Origin: Cirrosporium novae-zelandiae
Lineage: Eukaryota
DNA: 64,000 bases
Assembly (NCBI GenBank): GCA_026023565.1
Contig: JAPETS010000022.1
Span: 310,001-374,000 of the forward strand
Reading direction: 5' to 3'
The translations under genes were made by a program, and so were the position numbers. This document shows, one piece after another, positions 1-12,957 of the stretch. Positions within the stretch are counted from its first letter, which is position 1. Each line of letters begins with the position of its first letter. The notes under the pieces are model-generated. The model saw only the letters and a program-made list of their open reading frames with translations, had not been told where the DNA came from and made no database searches.

Positions 1-9
1 AATTATACA

Positions 10-1599
10 TTAGCGGGGAGGATGCCAGCTCCCCTCATGCCTCCCCGGCGTAAATGGATCCAGCAACGCTGGTCTCGGTCGACCCACTTCGGTTGTCAGA
101 GCTGCTTGAGGAGGAGCCTGGCTTTCGGGATAAGGGCGTGGAAGTTGCGGTGGGCCATTGGGGGCCCCAAAAGGGGCTTGGATCGGTGGAGCCGTGGTGA
201 TCGGGGGAGGCAAAGTATATCCAGACGGAAAATCACCTGTTCGTCGTCGAACATTTCTCCCACTCTGCCGGTCCTCGGTTTGCTGCCAATGTGCATCTGG
301 CTGGGCTGAAGTTTGAGCTGGAAGTAACCTTCGTAAACGTGGAGACTGTGGTCGAGGTGGGATCGTGGGCGCTCCGGATACGCTGTAAAGTACTTGACGG
401 AAATAGTTCCTTTCCTCCCTGTAGAATTCACGTTCTTCGGTCAATTCTCGAAGCTGCTGCTCGAGTTTGGCGATCGATTGAGATGCCTCCTTTTCCTTTT
501 CCTTTCGACGCTGGCGAAACCTGGCCGAAGCTCCCGCATTCCTTCTCCGTTTTTCATCAGCAACCGAAGAAGCGGACTGGACGTCTACCGGAACCTGGAT
601 GGGACCCTGACCCGCATCCAGGGTCATCAGTTGAATACCACTTTGATTTGGGGTCCCGCTGGTGTGGCCGTACTGATTTTCAGATTGATACGGCGCTTGT
701 ACCGCCCCCGAGGAACCTGTAGAGTTGAATGTTGGTGGGAGAAATGAAGATTTATGATGGCCAGATGGCAGATTATGAGCGGTGGCGGGAGAAGTTTGAC
801 TAAGCTGGCTATATGACGAGAAAGATGTGCTGGGGCTGGCACTTTGAGAATGGGGGGCTCGTACAGGCCCCCCGCTGATTCTGCGTCCAGCGGAACCTGG
901 GTCTGAGATTGGAAATCCAAAGGAGGTTGTTGCCACCACGGTTGGAGGGGTACCGGATTGTGGGACGTCCTGATTCACCCGTGGTCCGGAAAGCACAGAG
1001 GAACCTCGATTCTGGAAACTCAAGAATGGAGATTTTTGAGCATCAATGGTTCCGGTAGGCGGATTCACCTTTGTCACACTGATTGAACGAGCTGGAGACC
1101 GTGGTGCGAGGATCCGCCGTGGTCCTTGTCCTTGCATTGGAGTGGATCCGGGGCCGTATTCCGTAGATGAAAGATATCCTATTCTTGGGGATGCGTTTGC
1201 TGATCGAGTGGTCTGAACGGCATGTTCGGGGTGATTTTGCGAATATGGAGCTGGAAATGGATGAGGTTGCGGGGAATTTAGGTGTGGTCGTGTCCGTGGA
1301 AGGGTAGAAATGCTTGGAATGGTAGGGGAAGAGGGATTCAGGATGCTGCGAACCCCCAGGGACCGTGATGGGGTATGTTCGGAGCCTCTGGCAAGGTCGC
1401 TCTCCCCCGGTCCTGGCTGCAGCCGATCACGTACAGGAGCCGTGTTTGAGATGATGGAATGTCGTGATGGCGGAAACGATTGAGGTGGGATGTTTGGCGA
1501 AAATTGAGCTGCTGAAGTAGACTCTCCCAGTTGCCTGGCTGCAGAGTTGTCATGAGGACTTCTCGACGGCGGACCTGGCGCATGGGGCCACTGCGACAT
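10..1599 (-). CDS. bZIP transcription factor (Pro/Ser-rich, C-terminal-half bZIP)
   Basis: Basic region and zipper DEKRRRNAGASARFRQRRKEKEKEASQSIAKLEQQLRELTEEREFY. First ATG (MSQWPH) is at 1599. The frame stays open to ~1686, where a pyrimidine tract plus CAG suggests a possible upstream exon. Confidence 0.9.
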   Translation of the reverse strand: MSQWPHAPGPPSRSPHDNSAARQLGESTSAAQFSPNIPPQSFPPSRHSIISNTAPVRDRLQPGPGESDLARGSEHTPSRSLGVRSILNPSSPTIPSISTLPRTRPHLNSPQPHPFPAPYSQNHPEHAVQTTRSANASPRIGYLSSTEYGPGSTPMQGQGPRRILAPRSPARSISVTKVNPPTGTIDAQKSPFLSFQNRGSSVLSGPRVNQDVPQSGTPPTVVATTSFGFPISDPGSAGRRISGGPVRAPHSQSASPSTSFSSYSQLSQTSPATAHNLPSGHHKSSFLPPTFNSTGSSGAVQAPYQSENQYGHTSGTPNQSGIQLMTLDAGQGPIQVPVDVQSASSVADEKRRRNAGASARFRQRRKEKEKEASQSIAKLEQQLRELTEEREFYREERNYFRQVLYSVSGAPTIPPRPQSPRLRRLLPAQTSAQPDAHWQQTEDRQSGRNVRRRTGDFPSGYTLPPPITTAPPIQAPFGAPNGPPQLPRPYPESQAPPQAALTTEVGRPRPALLDPFTPGRHEGSWHPPR

Positions 1600-1886
1600 G
1601 TGATCCTCGTCCTCTTCAGGATGATGTTGTGGAGGAGTACATTGACGTTTTCTTCCCCTCTCACTGCAGCTTCGGCCCTCCAAACGCTGCAGAGAGAGAG
1701 AAGAAGAAGTAGTTGAATCTAAAGAATAGCCAGCTAGACGGTCTTGGATTATTGATTGTGAATATGGACCAGGAAAAGGCGGAAAGGAGGAACGAATACT
1801 GAGGCTGGAAAGAGCCAGAGCGGCGAATAAGAGACAAATATTATAAGATGAATGAGGTCACGTTTTTATTTTTTTTTTTTTCCTTT

Positions 1887-1911
1887 GGGGGGGGGGGGGG
1901 GGGGGGGGGGG
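1887..1911. repeat. poly-G tract (25 nt) preceded by poly-T
   Basis: Directly visible. Confidence 0.95.
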
Positions 1912-3539
1912 TTTATGGGGGTGGGATGATTCGTGGATATCAGTCTACTCAGCGGCAAGTAAAGTAGTCTGTGACAAAAAATATTGGGGGGATAAGGCTT
2001 CTTCAAATTTCCTCACTGGACCCTTTCAATGGACGATCAATGGATAGCAGCAGATCCAAAGAGGATTTACGATGGGAATGCTGGATAATGACTTGTTGGG
2101 GGCGGGATCGAATAGCACGATGAGGAGCGAAGTAGCAAAAGCAATTCGGCACGGGGGGTGAATCAGTTCAGAAAAAGCACCCAAGATAAAATTTGGCAGC
2201 GGTCTTGGGGGAGGTCTTAGAGATGAGATGCAGTAAAAGTGGTATTGGGAGCAGTAGTAATATTGCGGCGGTGAAGTCCATCATCATGTCTGACGTCCGC
2301 GGGCCATACTGAGTTTTTAGCAATTTTGGCACTACTAAGGACACCAGTTGACGGACCAAAGCTCTCAGGTCAAGGTAAGCTCTGAACACCCTTGGGGGAG
2401 GGATCAGAGAGAGTAGTCGAGAGAGGGGGAGAGGGATGGAGGGGGGGGTGGGGGGGGGGTTAAGGGATATTTTTAATTAATCCTAGAAACCGGGTGTGGC
2501 CCTGCGCCCACTTCTTTCAAGCATCTCATTGTTTGTTTTTGTTTTTTTTTTATTTTGATTTCCTTGGAACATGGTTCTTTTTTATTGCTTGGTGGTCCTG
2601 GAACCTACCATTGTTCCATTGATGAATTTCCATTGAACAAAAAAAGAATGAAGCGACAATGCGGGTCATTGGGGAAGGGGGGGGGGGGAAGTACGGGAGG
2701 GGGGGGCTATGGAGGCTATCTAGACTAAATCACTTTTTTTCTATGAATGGTTTTTTAGTTGGAGAAGCGAAATGCGAAATGTACGAGTCGATTTGTAGCT
2801 TGGTAGCTTTTTTTTTTTTTTTTTTTTTTTCAAGTAGAGGGAGAGACGAGAATCAATCAATGAGCTACCAGGGCTAAGGAGCTCCTCTGCTATGGACACT
2901 GGACACACTATGGGGACGCTTGTACGCTACGTTGGCCGACGCTGGTAACTTGAACTATTCAACACTATTTCACACTATCCAGCTGGAGCCAAAGTACTGG
3001 AGCAGGGCATATTGTTTAGGGTCAACGCTCCGAGCCTTGGGAAAGTATGGGAAAGTATGGGAAAGTAAAGAAAAAGAGCCTTTTGGAACAACGCTTCTAC
3101 CCTTCTGTGTATTGTCAGTTACAGAACTTACAAGGAGGTTTGCTAATTCGCGGAACACGGATTACCTTTTGACCCCTGGCTCTCATCACTTTACGTGCAA
3201 AAGTGTTGTAATTAATTACCGGTATCTGATACAGGGTATAGTAATACACACATATGCAGTCGGAGATACACGTCTGATAATTATAATGATGATAGGATGA
3301 TATAATTATATTATATGATGGTCGATATCATTATATCATTCGTGACAGTTACAAATAAATAACCAAATCAACCAAATCAACCAAATCACCCAAATCAACT
3401 AAAAATTACCAAAATTACCACAATTACCACAATTACCTCTCTTTCCTGCACCCTCAAAACCAGCTCATGTACGTAAAAGTCAATCTACCAATCTACCAAC
3501 TTCCCACGAGGTCCGGCCTTACTGCTCTTTAGCCCTCTG

Positions 3540-3640
3540 CCCTTAAGCCCTTTGCCCTTAGTCTTTAGCCCTTAGCCCTTAGCCCTTAGCCCTTAGCCCT
3601 TAACCCTGAGCCATTAGCCCTTAACCCTTAGCCCTTACTT
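3540..3640. repeat. (CCCTTAG)n heptamer tandem repeat, degenerate
   Basis: cccttagcccttagcccttag... with variant units. Confidence 0.9.
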
Positions 3641-6600
3641 AGGTACTAGGTACTACTTGTAGGTACCATGTAATTACTTAGTAGCTGTCGGTGACTCGAC
3701 TCGACTAAACTGTTGTCGCTACTGTCGGCTCGCTAACCTTCTCCTGATTATTCTCTAAATCTCCCCCCCCTCCCCCCCCTTCTAGACCAAAACGTTAGGG
3801 CTTCCAAGGTTTAATGACAACACTTTCTTACATCACACTAATGGTCCGACGGATATACAAAACCCCGAATACAAAAAAGGCACAACTTTACAGGTCATAA
3901 GGCTCATTAAACACCATCCGAAAAGTCTCTTTTTTCTAGTCTCGCCCGCAAACGCTATCGTTAATTTTATGCTTCGGCATCTCTCGTATATGAGTGGGTC
4001 GTCATGGCTGCCATTGCTTGCTATTGCTTGCTATTACTTGCCATTATTTGCCATAGCTTGCCATTACTTGCCATTGAATTCCATTGAACCAACTCAATCC
4101 TCAGCTCCTGTCGACTGCACGGTGGACTGTGGACTGGGTGGCCCTATGTGGCCCTGTGGACTGGCTAACTGGTGTCAAGACGTTTTTTCTTCACTAAAGC
4201 ATGAGGTGCAGAGTGCGAAAGAGGGTTAACTTTGCCTTATTTTTCGCACTTAAGAGTTGACTAGTTATCCTGCTCAAGAAGAAGGGAAAAAAAACATTCA
4301 ATCATTCTCAGCCGTCCACGTTGCGAGACGAGGAGACGGATGAGACGATGAGATGCACAAGGAGGATCCCCAAAGAAATGGAGCCCCAACGTCAGAAAAA
4401 AAGGTCTGAGTTGGAAATACCGGATTTCCCAACTACCTTTCCCCATTGTGAAGCTGCAGAATTGGAAATTCCGACATTGTCAAATCAATTCCCAATCGAG
4501 CAAACAAGCAGATCGACAAGGCTGCCCAGGATGTGCTAGAATGACCCGGAAATGTCTAGGATTCTCCTTTTGTCAATATCCTGGACTCGTTGTGGGTGTG
4601 CCAGCAGTCAGGAACTGGTGGAGAAAAGTTCCCTCTTCAGGTAAAACAATCAGTAGGGCCCGGGCCCATATGTTAGCAGAGCCGTCAAGCCGTCAAGCCA
4701 TCGAAGCCACCTGACCGATCATGCAATATGTAATTATTATGATTTCCCTTGTTAAACGCTGGTGGAGTAAAACAGTGTCATGTACCCCATGTACGTACCT
4801 CCTTGTCCGTCCAGTACAGAATACTTATTTTTTTCAGACTAAAGTACCTTAGTATTCGAGACCTATGTATGATATGACGCACCCGAGGATCATTTTTCAA
4901 ATATCCTGGAACCGAGAGGTCAATCATTGGGCTATTGGACCCCAAACCCGACTTCCGTCATTTGGTCTGTTGTTTTGTTTTTTGTTTTTTTTGTTTTTGT
5001 TTTGGTTCCTCTGGGCTCCTTGGGCTCCTTTGGCTCCTTTGGCTCCTTTAGTCAACAAGACTCAAAATAACCAAAGAAGCGACTTTTCAAGCCCTTTTGT
5101 GTTAGTCCCTCGCCAAATTACCCATCGTACTACCCAGACTTGACTATCAGAAAAGAAAGAAAATTATAACCCTCCCTTTCGCACAAATGGATCTACTGCT
5201 ATGTACATACCTAAGATTAATTATTGTTATTAACCGAGGATCAAGTAAATTCCATCATATACACGACACCCAACCCCCTCCCCCCAAGAAGACGGTGATG
5301 GATGTACTTCCCTATCTATATCAACCGACGACCCCTTCCAGTAATTTCATAGACCTTTCTAGATCAGACCGATTCCCTGATATGTTCAAGTTGAACCTTC
5401 ATCGACAGTAAGTTTGGTCATATCCGGTTTCCCCGGATGTTTGCATTCTCAAAGCTGCGGTGAACCTGGGTGGAGAATCACTTTGAAGCAACAACCGCAA
5501 GAAGTCTATGTTAATTGTATCAATTGTATCAATTGTGTGTCTGTCCTATCTATTTTAATTACTTGTTGTATGCCAAAAACACAAAGATGGAGTTTTTGGA
5601 AAAAACACCAGATAACAAAAATGTATTTTTATTTGACGAAGCTTCTTTGTAAAAATAATAATAATAATTATTGCTTCTTTTTGTTCTTTTTTTCTTTTCC
5701 AAAATTCGCTAGATATTCTTTTTTTAAATACCAACAGGACTACGGGCGCAAAGGGCGGGAACATTAGTTTGAAAATGCAATGGTGGTGAACTTCTGGATT
5801 GAGCTTAGCCAAGTATATGTCATTTTTGTTAGTGAGATGTAGATAAATGACTAATTGGTCCTATGGGGTACCAAACAGACAAATGCCGAGGTAAGATGAT
5901 AAGTTTGTATGGGGAATTACTGGTCTCGGTGGATCACAATACGGTATTGAGGTATTGAGGTATTGAGGTATCGAGGTATCGAGGTATGATGCAGGCCTAG
6001 TCAAAAATCCTCTGTTCTGATGGTGGCGTATTTTGACATACGGGGAAGGGTGATAGGTGATTTCCTTGCCGTCCTGTTGGAAAACCTAGAAGGAAAACCC
6101 AGACCTGGTGGAGGAAAACTTTCAAAAAAGAATATTAGATGGAAAATAATTAAATGATGATTGAAATTGCCAGGTTACTACTACTTCACAGGAATCGGGG
6201 GTTATCTACCATATTTTCACCGCCCAAATCTCCACGAAACGCATTGAACATCAGATGAAGAATGAACTAGTTTACCAGCCTACATGAACAATAAAAAGAA
6301 TAAAAAAAACATCCGAATTTTGTTTGGGTAACAACAAAAAGCAGGACAGGTTGAGGGAAAAAAAAGTTAAATCTTCACCGAGCCGCTGCCTCCGGTTCTG
6401 AACAAGAGGTAGATCTGAGACCCATGCCTAAAATGGATTGTTACAGTATCTTCATTCTTGCTTAGCCTGATAGCTGCCCAATCTTCACCTTTAATTAGCG
6501 TCGTGACACTGCTTAATGTCCGATCAAAAAGGTTGGTGGTTGATATGTCGCTAATAGGACCTCTCTTCCCGATCCAGGTGATCTGCTTAGCATCCGGTGG

Positions 6601-7321
6601 AAAAAAAACAACCAACCAAGAGGTTGTCACATCTCAACAAGGCTTGGTCTCACCTGCATGACCCCAATTGAGTAATGGGATAATGCACAAAGGTAAAAGA
6701 TGATGGGGTGTAGGTGGAGGGGGTCCGTTGAGACGGAACTTGAAGAATTTTGAATTTTTTTTCTTTTATTTGAATTGACTGATTATGGTTACGGGAATAC
6801 TTGCCATCAAACACTTAAAGTGACCATTTGTTCAAGCACCGCCACCCCTATCAAATGGACATGGACCCACGAAAGTGGGTTTAAACCTTTCGGATGAAGT
6901 GGCGTGGGTATGCATCGTCGTGGGCATCGTCATGGTATTGCATGCATGAAAGATGGGATGGATGCGATCATGCGAAGTCGATTCCCCTCGGGCTCAGGTA
7001 TCGCTCTGGGCCGTGCTTTGGGTGGACGAGTGAACAAGGTACAAGGAACAAGGGACCAGGGATGAGGTGCAGCAAAACAGGGAACAGGGAACGTGTGGTA
7101 TACAGCTGTCTCAAATACATTAATTAAAAAAGGTGGGAAATCAAAGGAATGTCAGGATTGTTGGGAAGGAAGGAATTAGTATTTCAAAAAAAACGAAAAG
7201 GAAAAAGGATTGGGATTGGAGGGATTGGAGGGATTGAAGATCCCTTTGTGAGTTGCAGGAGGGGAGGAGGGAGGCACGGAGGATTCGTATACTGTCACAA
7301 TGACAAGACGTGCTGTGTGCC

Positions 7322-7420
7322 CTGCTATGCTTTGCTATGCCTTGCTATGCCTTGCTATGCCTTGCTATGCCTTGCTATGCCTGTTATGTCTGTTATGTCT
7401 GTTATGTCTGTTATGCCTGC
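7322..7420. repeat. compound minisatellite (GCTATGCCTT)n + (CTGTTATGT)n
   Basis: Directly visible. It explains the spurious Cys/Leu-rich ORFs in the track. Confidence 0.9.
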
Positions 7421-9039
7421 CTACGCCCTACTGTGCCTTGTGTGATCCCTGTCCCCCCCATCCCTATTATACTCTGTTATATACCCTGCTCTGTCCCTCT
7501 GAAATGCTTCAATCCGTCCTATACCCGCATCCATTATCCACTGGGCTGGGACCATGGCATCCATGTGTTGGACGTTGAAGTCTGTTGGTGTCCTGTTGAG
7601 ATTTAAAAATCCTCCGTATCCGACTGATGCAGCAGCAGCCTTGAACCGAGTCTTGTACTTCACCCATTGGCTTCCAACACTGGATCCCAGCCTCATTGTC
7701 TGCTAGTCATGTGCCATTGTTTGCATTTACTATCGGTAGGAATATGTAGCTATGAATGTATGTACTGGGCCGCAGCAATGCAAAAATGTTTCTTCCAACC
7801 TACCAAAAAACCTGGTCGGGACTTGAATGCGTATGCCCATCGAATGCCTTCGCCCTAAAGCATTGGCATACATGTACTTTTGTAGTCCAGGTTCAAAGTC
7901 CCGTTTCTGGTCCATGTACAAGAACCTGCTTCTGTCCTCGCCGACAATTGTCCACGCAACTTTCCATGCATGTCGGCCCAATTTGTTGAATTGTTTTGAT
8001 GATCCGATGGCGGTTTATATTAAATGACGATTATATCCTTTCAGATATGAATTTCTCGGGGTTATGGAGGTTATGAGTTCGCTTTTCTTAACTTTCTAGA
8101 GACTATTTAACACATTTACCACAACCAGACATGTCACCATGTGCCACCGCCTCCCCCTTGTTCCATTTCCTATCGACACCTTCCCTGCCTAGTTCAGAAT
8201 GATCACGCTGTTCACCAGCGGTTGTGGCTGAAAATCAATGAATCTGGCACATTGAATTAATCACCTTGTTCGAGGCGATGACACGCATGTGTTGGATGAT
8301 GCTTTTTTCAGCTACCGGGGGGGGGAGGGGGTAAGGGTAGGGAAGTATCAGACCGACTTTCATAGTTGTGGATGATAACCAGCAACAAAATAGGAACCCT
8401 CTGGTTCGTTAGTATAGCCGAACCGATGTGACGGCATGACAGCTTCTGGATTCAATTCCCTCCCTTCGCATCATTACCTGGTTCAGTAAGGTTCCATTCT
8501 CGTGCATAAAGTGAGTCAATCAGCTGGGAAAGGTTCAAGACTCAAATGGCCTCAGCTTTTTTTATTTTTATTTTCATTTTATTTTATTTTTCATTCAAAT
8601 TTCCCTTATCACACGTGGGTCAGGATAAGATAAATCAATTGGAAATGCTGACCAACCATGTTTACCAGAGACAATACATTCAATACACAACATGAAATGA
8701 CATGACCTGACATGACATAACATTACATTACCTCGCTTAACAAGTCATGACCAACAATTGACCATGAAACTCTTTTTTGATTCTGAGACAGGAACAAGCA
8801 GCAGAAACAAAAATGCTGTTGAGGGACTTTTTTTGGTGGGGCACAAAGCAGAACAGAAAAAAGAGAAGCAACAAAGTGATTCAAGATGACAGGAATTTTT
8901 ATTCTCCAAACAAATAAATTGGAATCCAGATTTCAGATGAGTTGAGCCGTTGGGAGCCGGGAATTGGTGTTAGTGGTAGGAGGCTAAAAGCGGAGTAAAC
9001 CCTTGATTTGGTGGTATGTTTCTCGGCTTTGGTTGGATT

Positions 9040-9156
9040 CTTTTGGCTTCTCTGGCTTCTTTGGCTTCTTTGGCTTCTCGGGCTTCTCGGGCTTCTTAGG
9101 CGGTCCATTGGGCTTCTTGGGCTTCTTGGGCTTCTTGGGCTTCTTGGGCTTCTCTG
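9040..9156. repeat. (GGCTTCTTG)n 9-bp minisatellite
   Basis: Directly visible. It explains the RSP/GLL-repeat ORFs. Confidence 0.9.
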
Positions 9157-12100
9157 GTGCAAGTCATCCCGGCGCCAAGCAATAGGTCAGCTAAGACGAC
9201 TTAAGAGACTAAGACTGTACTTCCTGTACCGGACCCTGGGCCTGATGATCCGTGTATTCCGTAGCGTACTGCGGCGACTGGCTTTTTCATACCATTGATA
9301 CCATGATACCATGAATACCACCAACATAGCTTTTCCGAGTCCCGGCGACCATATGGGTGGAAGATTGGAATATTCCTAAATCCTAATCTGCTCTAGAAAA
9401 TGGCGAACCTGACACTAACGCAGGTGCTCACTTTTAATTCTTCATTCCATTGACACGATTGACACATGCGCCCCTCTCCTGAGCACAGTGAAGCCAGAAA
9501 ACTCAACATCTATCCGAGAAGAGTCTAGTGGGACAGAAGAGACGGGTAATGGCATCAAGTACAAAACTATCATCGACGATTTGCTTTGTGGATGATGAAC
9601 GAAACATGGAAATTAATAGTTTTTGAGTTTTTTTTTTTTTGTTTTTTTACTTTTTAACTTTTACATCACCGACATGAGTACATGTATGTATCATGGGTTA
9701 GTTTTGGATGGGTTGATGGGTGGATGGGGGGATGGGGGGGATGGGTTCATGGATGGAAGGGATAGTCAGCTAACCGAAGCGTTCCTGAATCGCCATCCGC
9801 GCATCCATTCATTCCATCTTGAAACTTGAAGGAACACGAGCTTTGTGTGCCTGATCGGCTCGACCCGCACTTCCCGAACCATGAACCACCGAAGCTCCAT
9901 CACTGAACCCATGGACCAAGGACCACAGCCCAAAGGACCATGGACCATGGACCATGGATTACGAATTTCCAACTACATCACACACAGCCCACATAGCATA
10001 ACAGAGTTTGTTCTTGGACCGTTTGCCATTGATGTGCAGCATGACAAGCATCAAGGTTTAACCCTCTTGCAATACTTGAAATTCGTCAAATTTGTGAAAT
10101 TGCATTGAGGTGCTATGTTTGATATTCAGATGATAGCATAGCACAACTAACTTGATGAATAATAATCCCATTAATCCCCATCATAATTAACCTTTGCACA
10201 AAGCGAACACCCCCCCGACCCCCCACACGCACACACACACACCTCCTTAGAAAATGATTACATACCCAATTTAACCATTGATAATTCCCATCATTATAGC
10301 ACGGAAGATAATTCTTCATCCATTCGCCATAGGAAATCACTTCCACCATCTCTGGTCTTTGATCCTGGTCCTTTTTCTCTTTTCATCTGATCTCATGTCC
10401 TGGATCGGAGATTATTATGTAGGGCCAATTCCAATCTTTACTCAATCTATATGCAAATTTACGCCATGTCTTTGTCCATTTCTATTTTTATTATCCTTCA
10501 ACCCCCCCCCCGACCCCCATTGTCCTGCAATGGAAATAGAAATGGAGGAACTGGTTTCACCAAAAGACTGCAATATTTGTCATCCACTCCCCTCTCGACT
10601 CCCTTTGAACATTTAAATCTAATCTCCACCGTTTGACCTTTGGTGTTCCCATTTCCATTTCTAATCTCCATCTTTGGGCTGACATTTCCTAAAATTGCTA
10701 CAGCTCCGTTCCATCTCTGTACTTGGTTGCATAAGCCATCGTCTGATGTCAGTCGAAAATTAATTCTCCAGTCCTGTTTCGAGAAGCAGGAAATTCCACC
10801 ATGGAACGCAGTCGTTTGTGTAACCAAATCCCTGCCATGTGATTCAACGGCCTATAGCAAGTGTGTGATGTAACTTTATCTGACTACCTTATCCCTCCAC
10901 AGTCAGATGAATGATCAGCATTCATCTAATGACACGGTTGGTGTAATGGGTACGCAATTCTGACCTGATTGTCGAGGCTCAGTGGCTTTCAGTAGCCAAT
11001 AGCAGGCTTCGATATATTTGAAAGTCGGTGCATTTGTGAGCATCTAATTGAGCTGGTCTTGATCGCAATGTCCCCGGAAACGAAAGGTCTCGGCGTATTT
11101 TTTGCAGCCTGAAACGCATCAACCCCTAATGCGGGCCTCCACAGTGATGGGCAACTGATCATGCAGGAAAGCCCCAATTTGGAAGGATATATCTTCGATC
11201 CATGGCTCGTTTTGTAGCCGAAGGGGCAAACGAGGGTGCATATACCGGCTTTGGAAGGCAACAAGCGTTTAACGAGGATGAAAGAGGTATCAAAATACCC
11301 CAGAAACATCCTCAAGGAACTAGCCTAAATAGCCATCCAATATATACACCATCTCCTATGGCCTGACTTGACCCTCAATCAAGACTAAACTTGAAAACAA
11401 GTGACACCAAAATGCCGACCAATAGCTAGAATGCAATATTGGAGCAGAACCAAAAACGAGGAGCCAACGCGTGTCGCTGGCCCTCGCCAGTCTGGTGGAT
11501 TTCTATTAGTGCTCCCTTGCAATACAACGATTCGCAATATCAAAGTGCTAGATTTTAGCTACAGAATTATCCACACTGATCAGCATCTTTCTTGCAGATA
11601 ATGACGTTTGTCTCTTTCCGTGTTGGAGTTTCTTTCGAGTCTCTATCTGACCCCAGAAGCAGTGTAACGATAAAAGCAACGTATCCCTAAAAGCCATAGA
11701 ATCTGTCCTCTAAGAGCCAGGTGGCAAGTAAATCCAGGATTCCTCAACGCCAAACACGAGCAATAGAAAATAAGGCTTACGGAGTCACAATGTGATAACG
11801 TATCATGGCTTAAACGCCTGCGGCTGATAAGTAAGCCTTCTCAGCTTCCCACAACGTCACGTCTCAGCTCTTTCTCCTTCATACCTCTGGCGTGTTATCT
11901 GCCACGCCATGTGCACTTCGCTGGGGCCTCGGCATCAGACATCATTTGTTGACATTCCTCTTGCTGCCCGCAACGGATGGCGTCAGGACGGGCGGTTACG
12001 TTTGTTCGTTGTCACCGAACGGCCCCCAAAACCGCAACCAATAGAAATAAGCTTGAGCGTCTATTTTTTGTGACAACAGGCATCAGCACATCCTCCATCA

Positions 12101-12957
12101 ATGACACCTGGCTTCAGTTTCTCCACTTCGCCTCATTAACGCCACACTAGGAAGAGTGGCGAAGAAGTGATCGAGGGATCATGCTTTGGAGAACAAGACA
12201 CTGTATACAAATTCATTGGTTATGAAAGCTGAACTAATTCTGCGCTGTGTCGTTTAATCGGCATGTCTGAATAAATCTGTAGAAGGAATACGACTTCAAA
12301 TTGGTATTCAAACAAATGTAGAAGATCACGATGTAGCAGGTCACGCGTAAAAAAAGAAAGGATCAGATAACAAAATCGAGCGATTATCATGAAAAAAATT
12401 ATACGTTACATAATTGCCTAGGTACAGTACTTTCTCCACCCGATATGACAACACCAATAACCCAATCAATCTGGTAGAAAAAAAACCTCAGGTAAATTTT
12501 CATTTTCGCGATTATATGCAACACTGGAGAATATTCAGGATCCAGAATATTTTCTTTACTTTTCATCTGTTATAAAGTTGACGAGTTCAGCGGAGAAGAG
12601 AAACGGGCCGGCATTCCGGCTGCTAAGCTTCGATGATGGCGGATCTTCGGATCTTTTTATCTTTCAATCATCGTGATGTTGCCCCGCTGTCCCCCACGTT
12701 CCATGACCATTTTTGAAGATTGAAAGAAAGATATACGGTGTATAGATCTCATAGACCTCATAGACCTTTCAATTTCAATTCTATTTTGTTTTCTTTGGCT
12801 GTTGATTTAAACAATTGATCTCATTTCGAAGTCCTGCCTCTGACGAACTAAGATATAATCACATTTCAATCAAAAAGCTTTGAGAGTAACACCAGAGTGA
12901 ACCTCACACCTCACAGCATAAAGCTCTCTCTCTCTCTTCCTTTATTACATCTTCATC

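Noticed and set aside
3540..3640. Interstitial telomere repeat
   Set aside because: The unit is CCCTTAG (CTAAGGG), not CCCTAA/TTAGGG. It behaves like the many other local minisatellites.
6367..6630. 87-aa minus ORF that looks protein-like
   Set aside because: Non-ATG start, no recognisable motif and no convincing flanking exons.
7149..9298. Cys/Leu-rich and RSP/GLL-repeat ORFs
   Set aside because: Translations of minisatellites that are open in several frames.
9344..9380. 5S rRNA-like start (CGACCATA...GGAA)
   Set aside because: Similarity ends after ~20 nt; no internal control region or closing stem.
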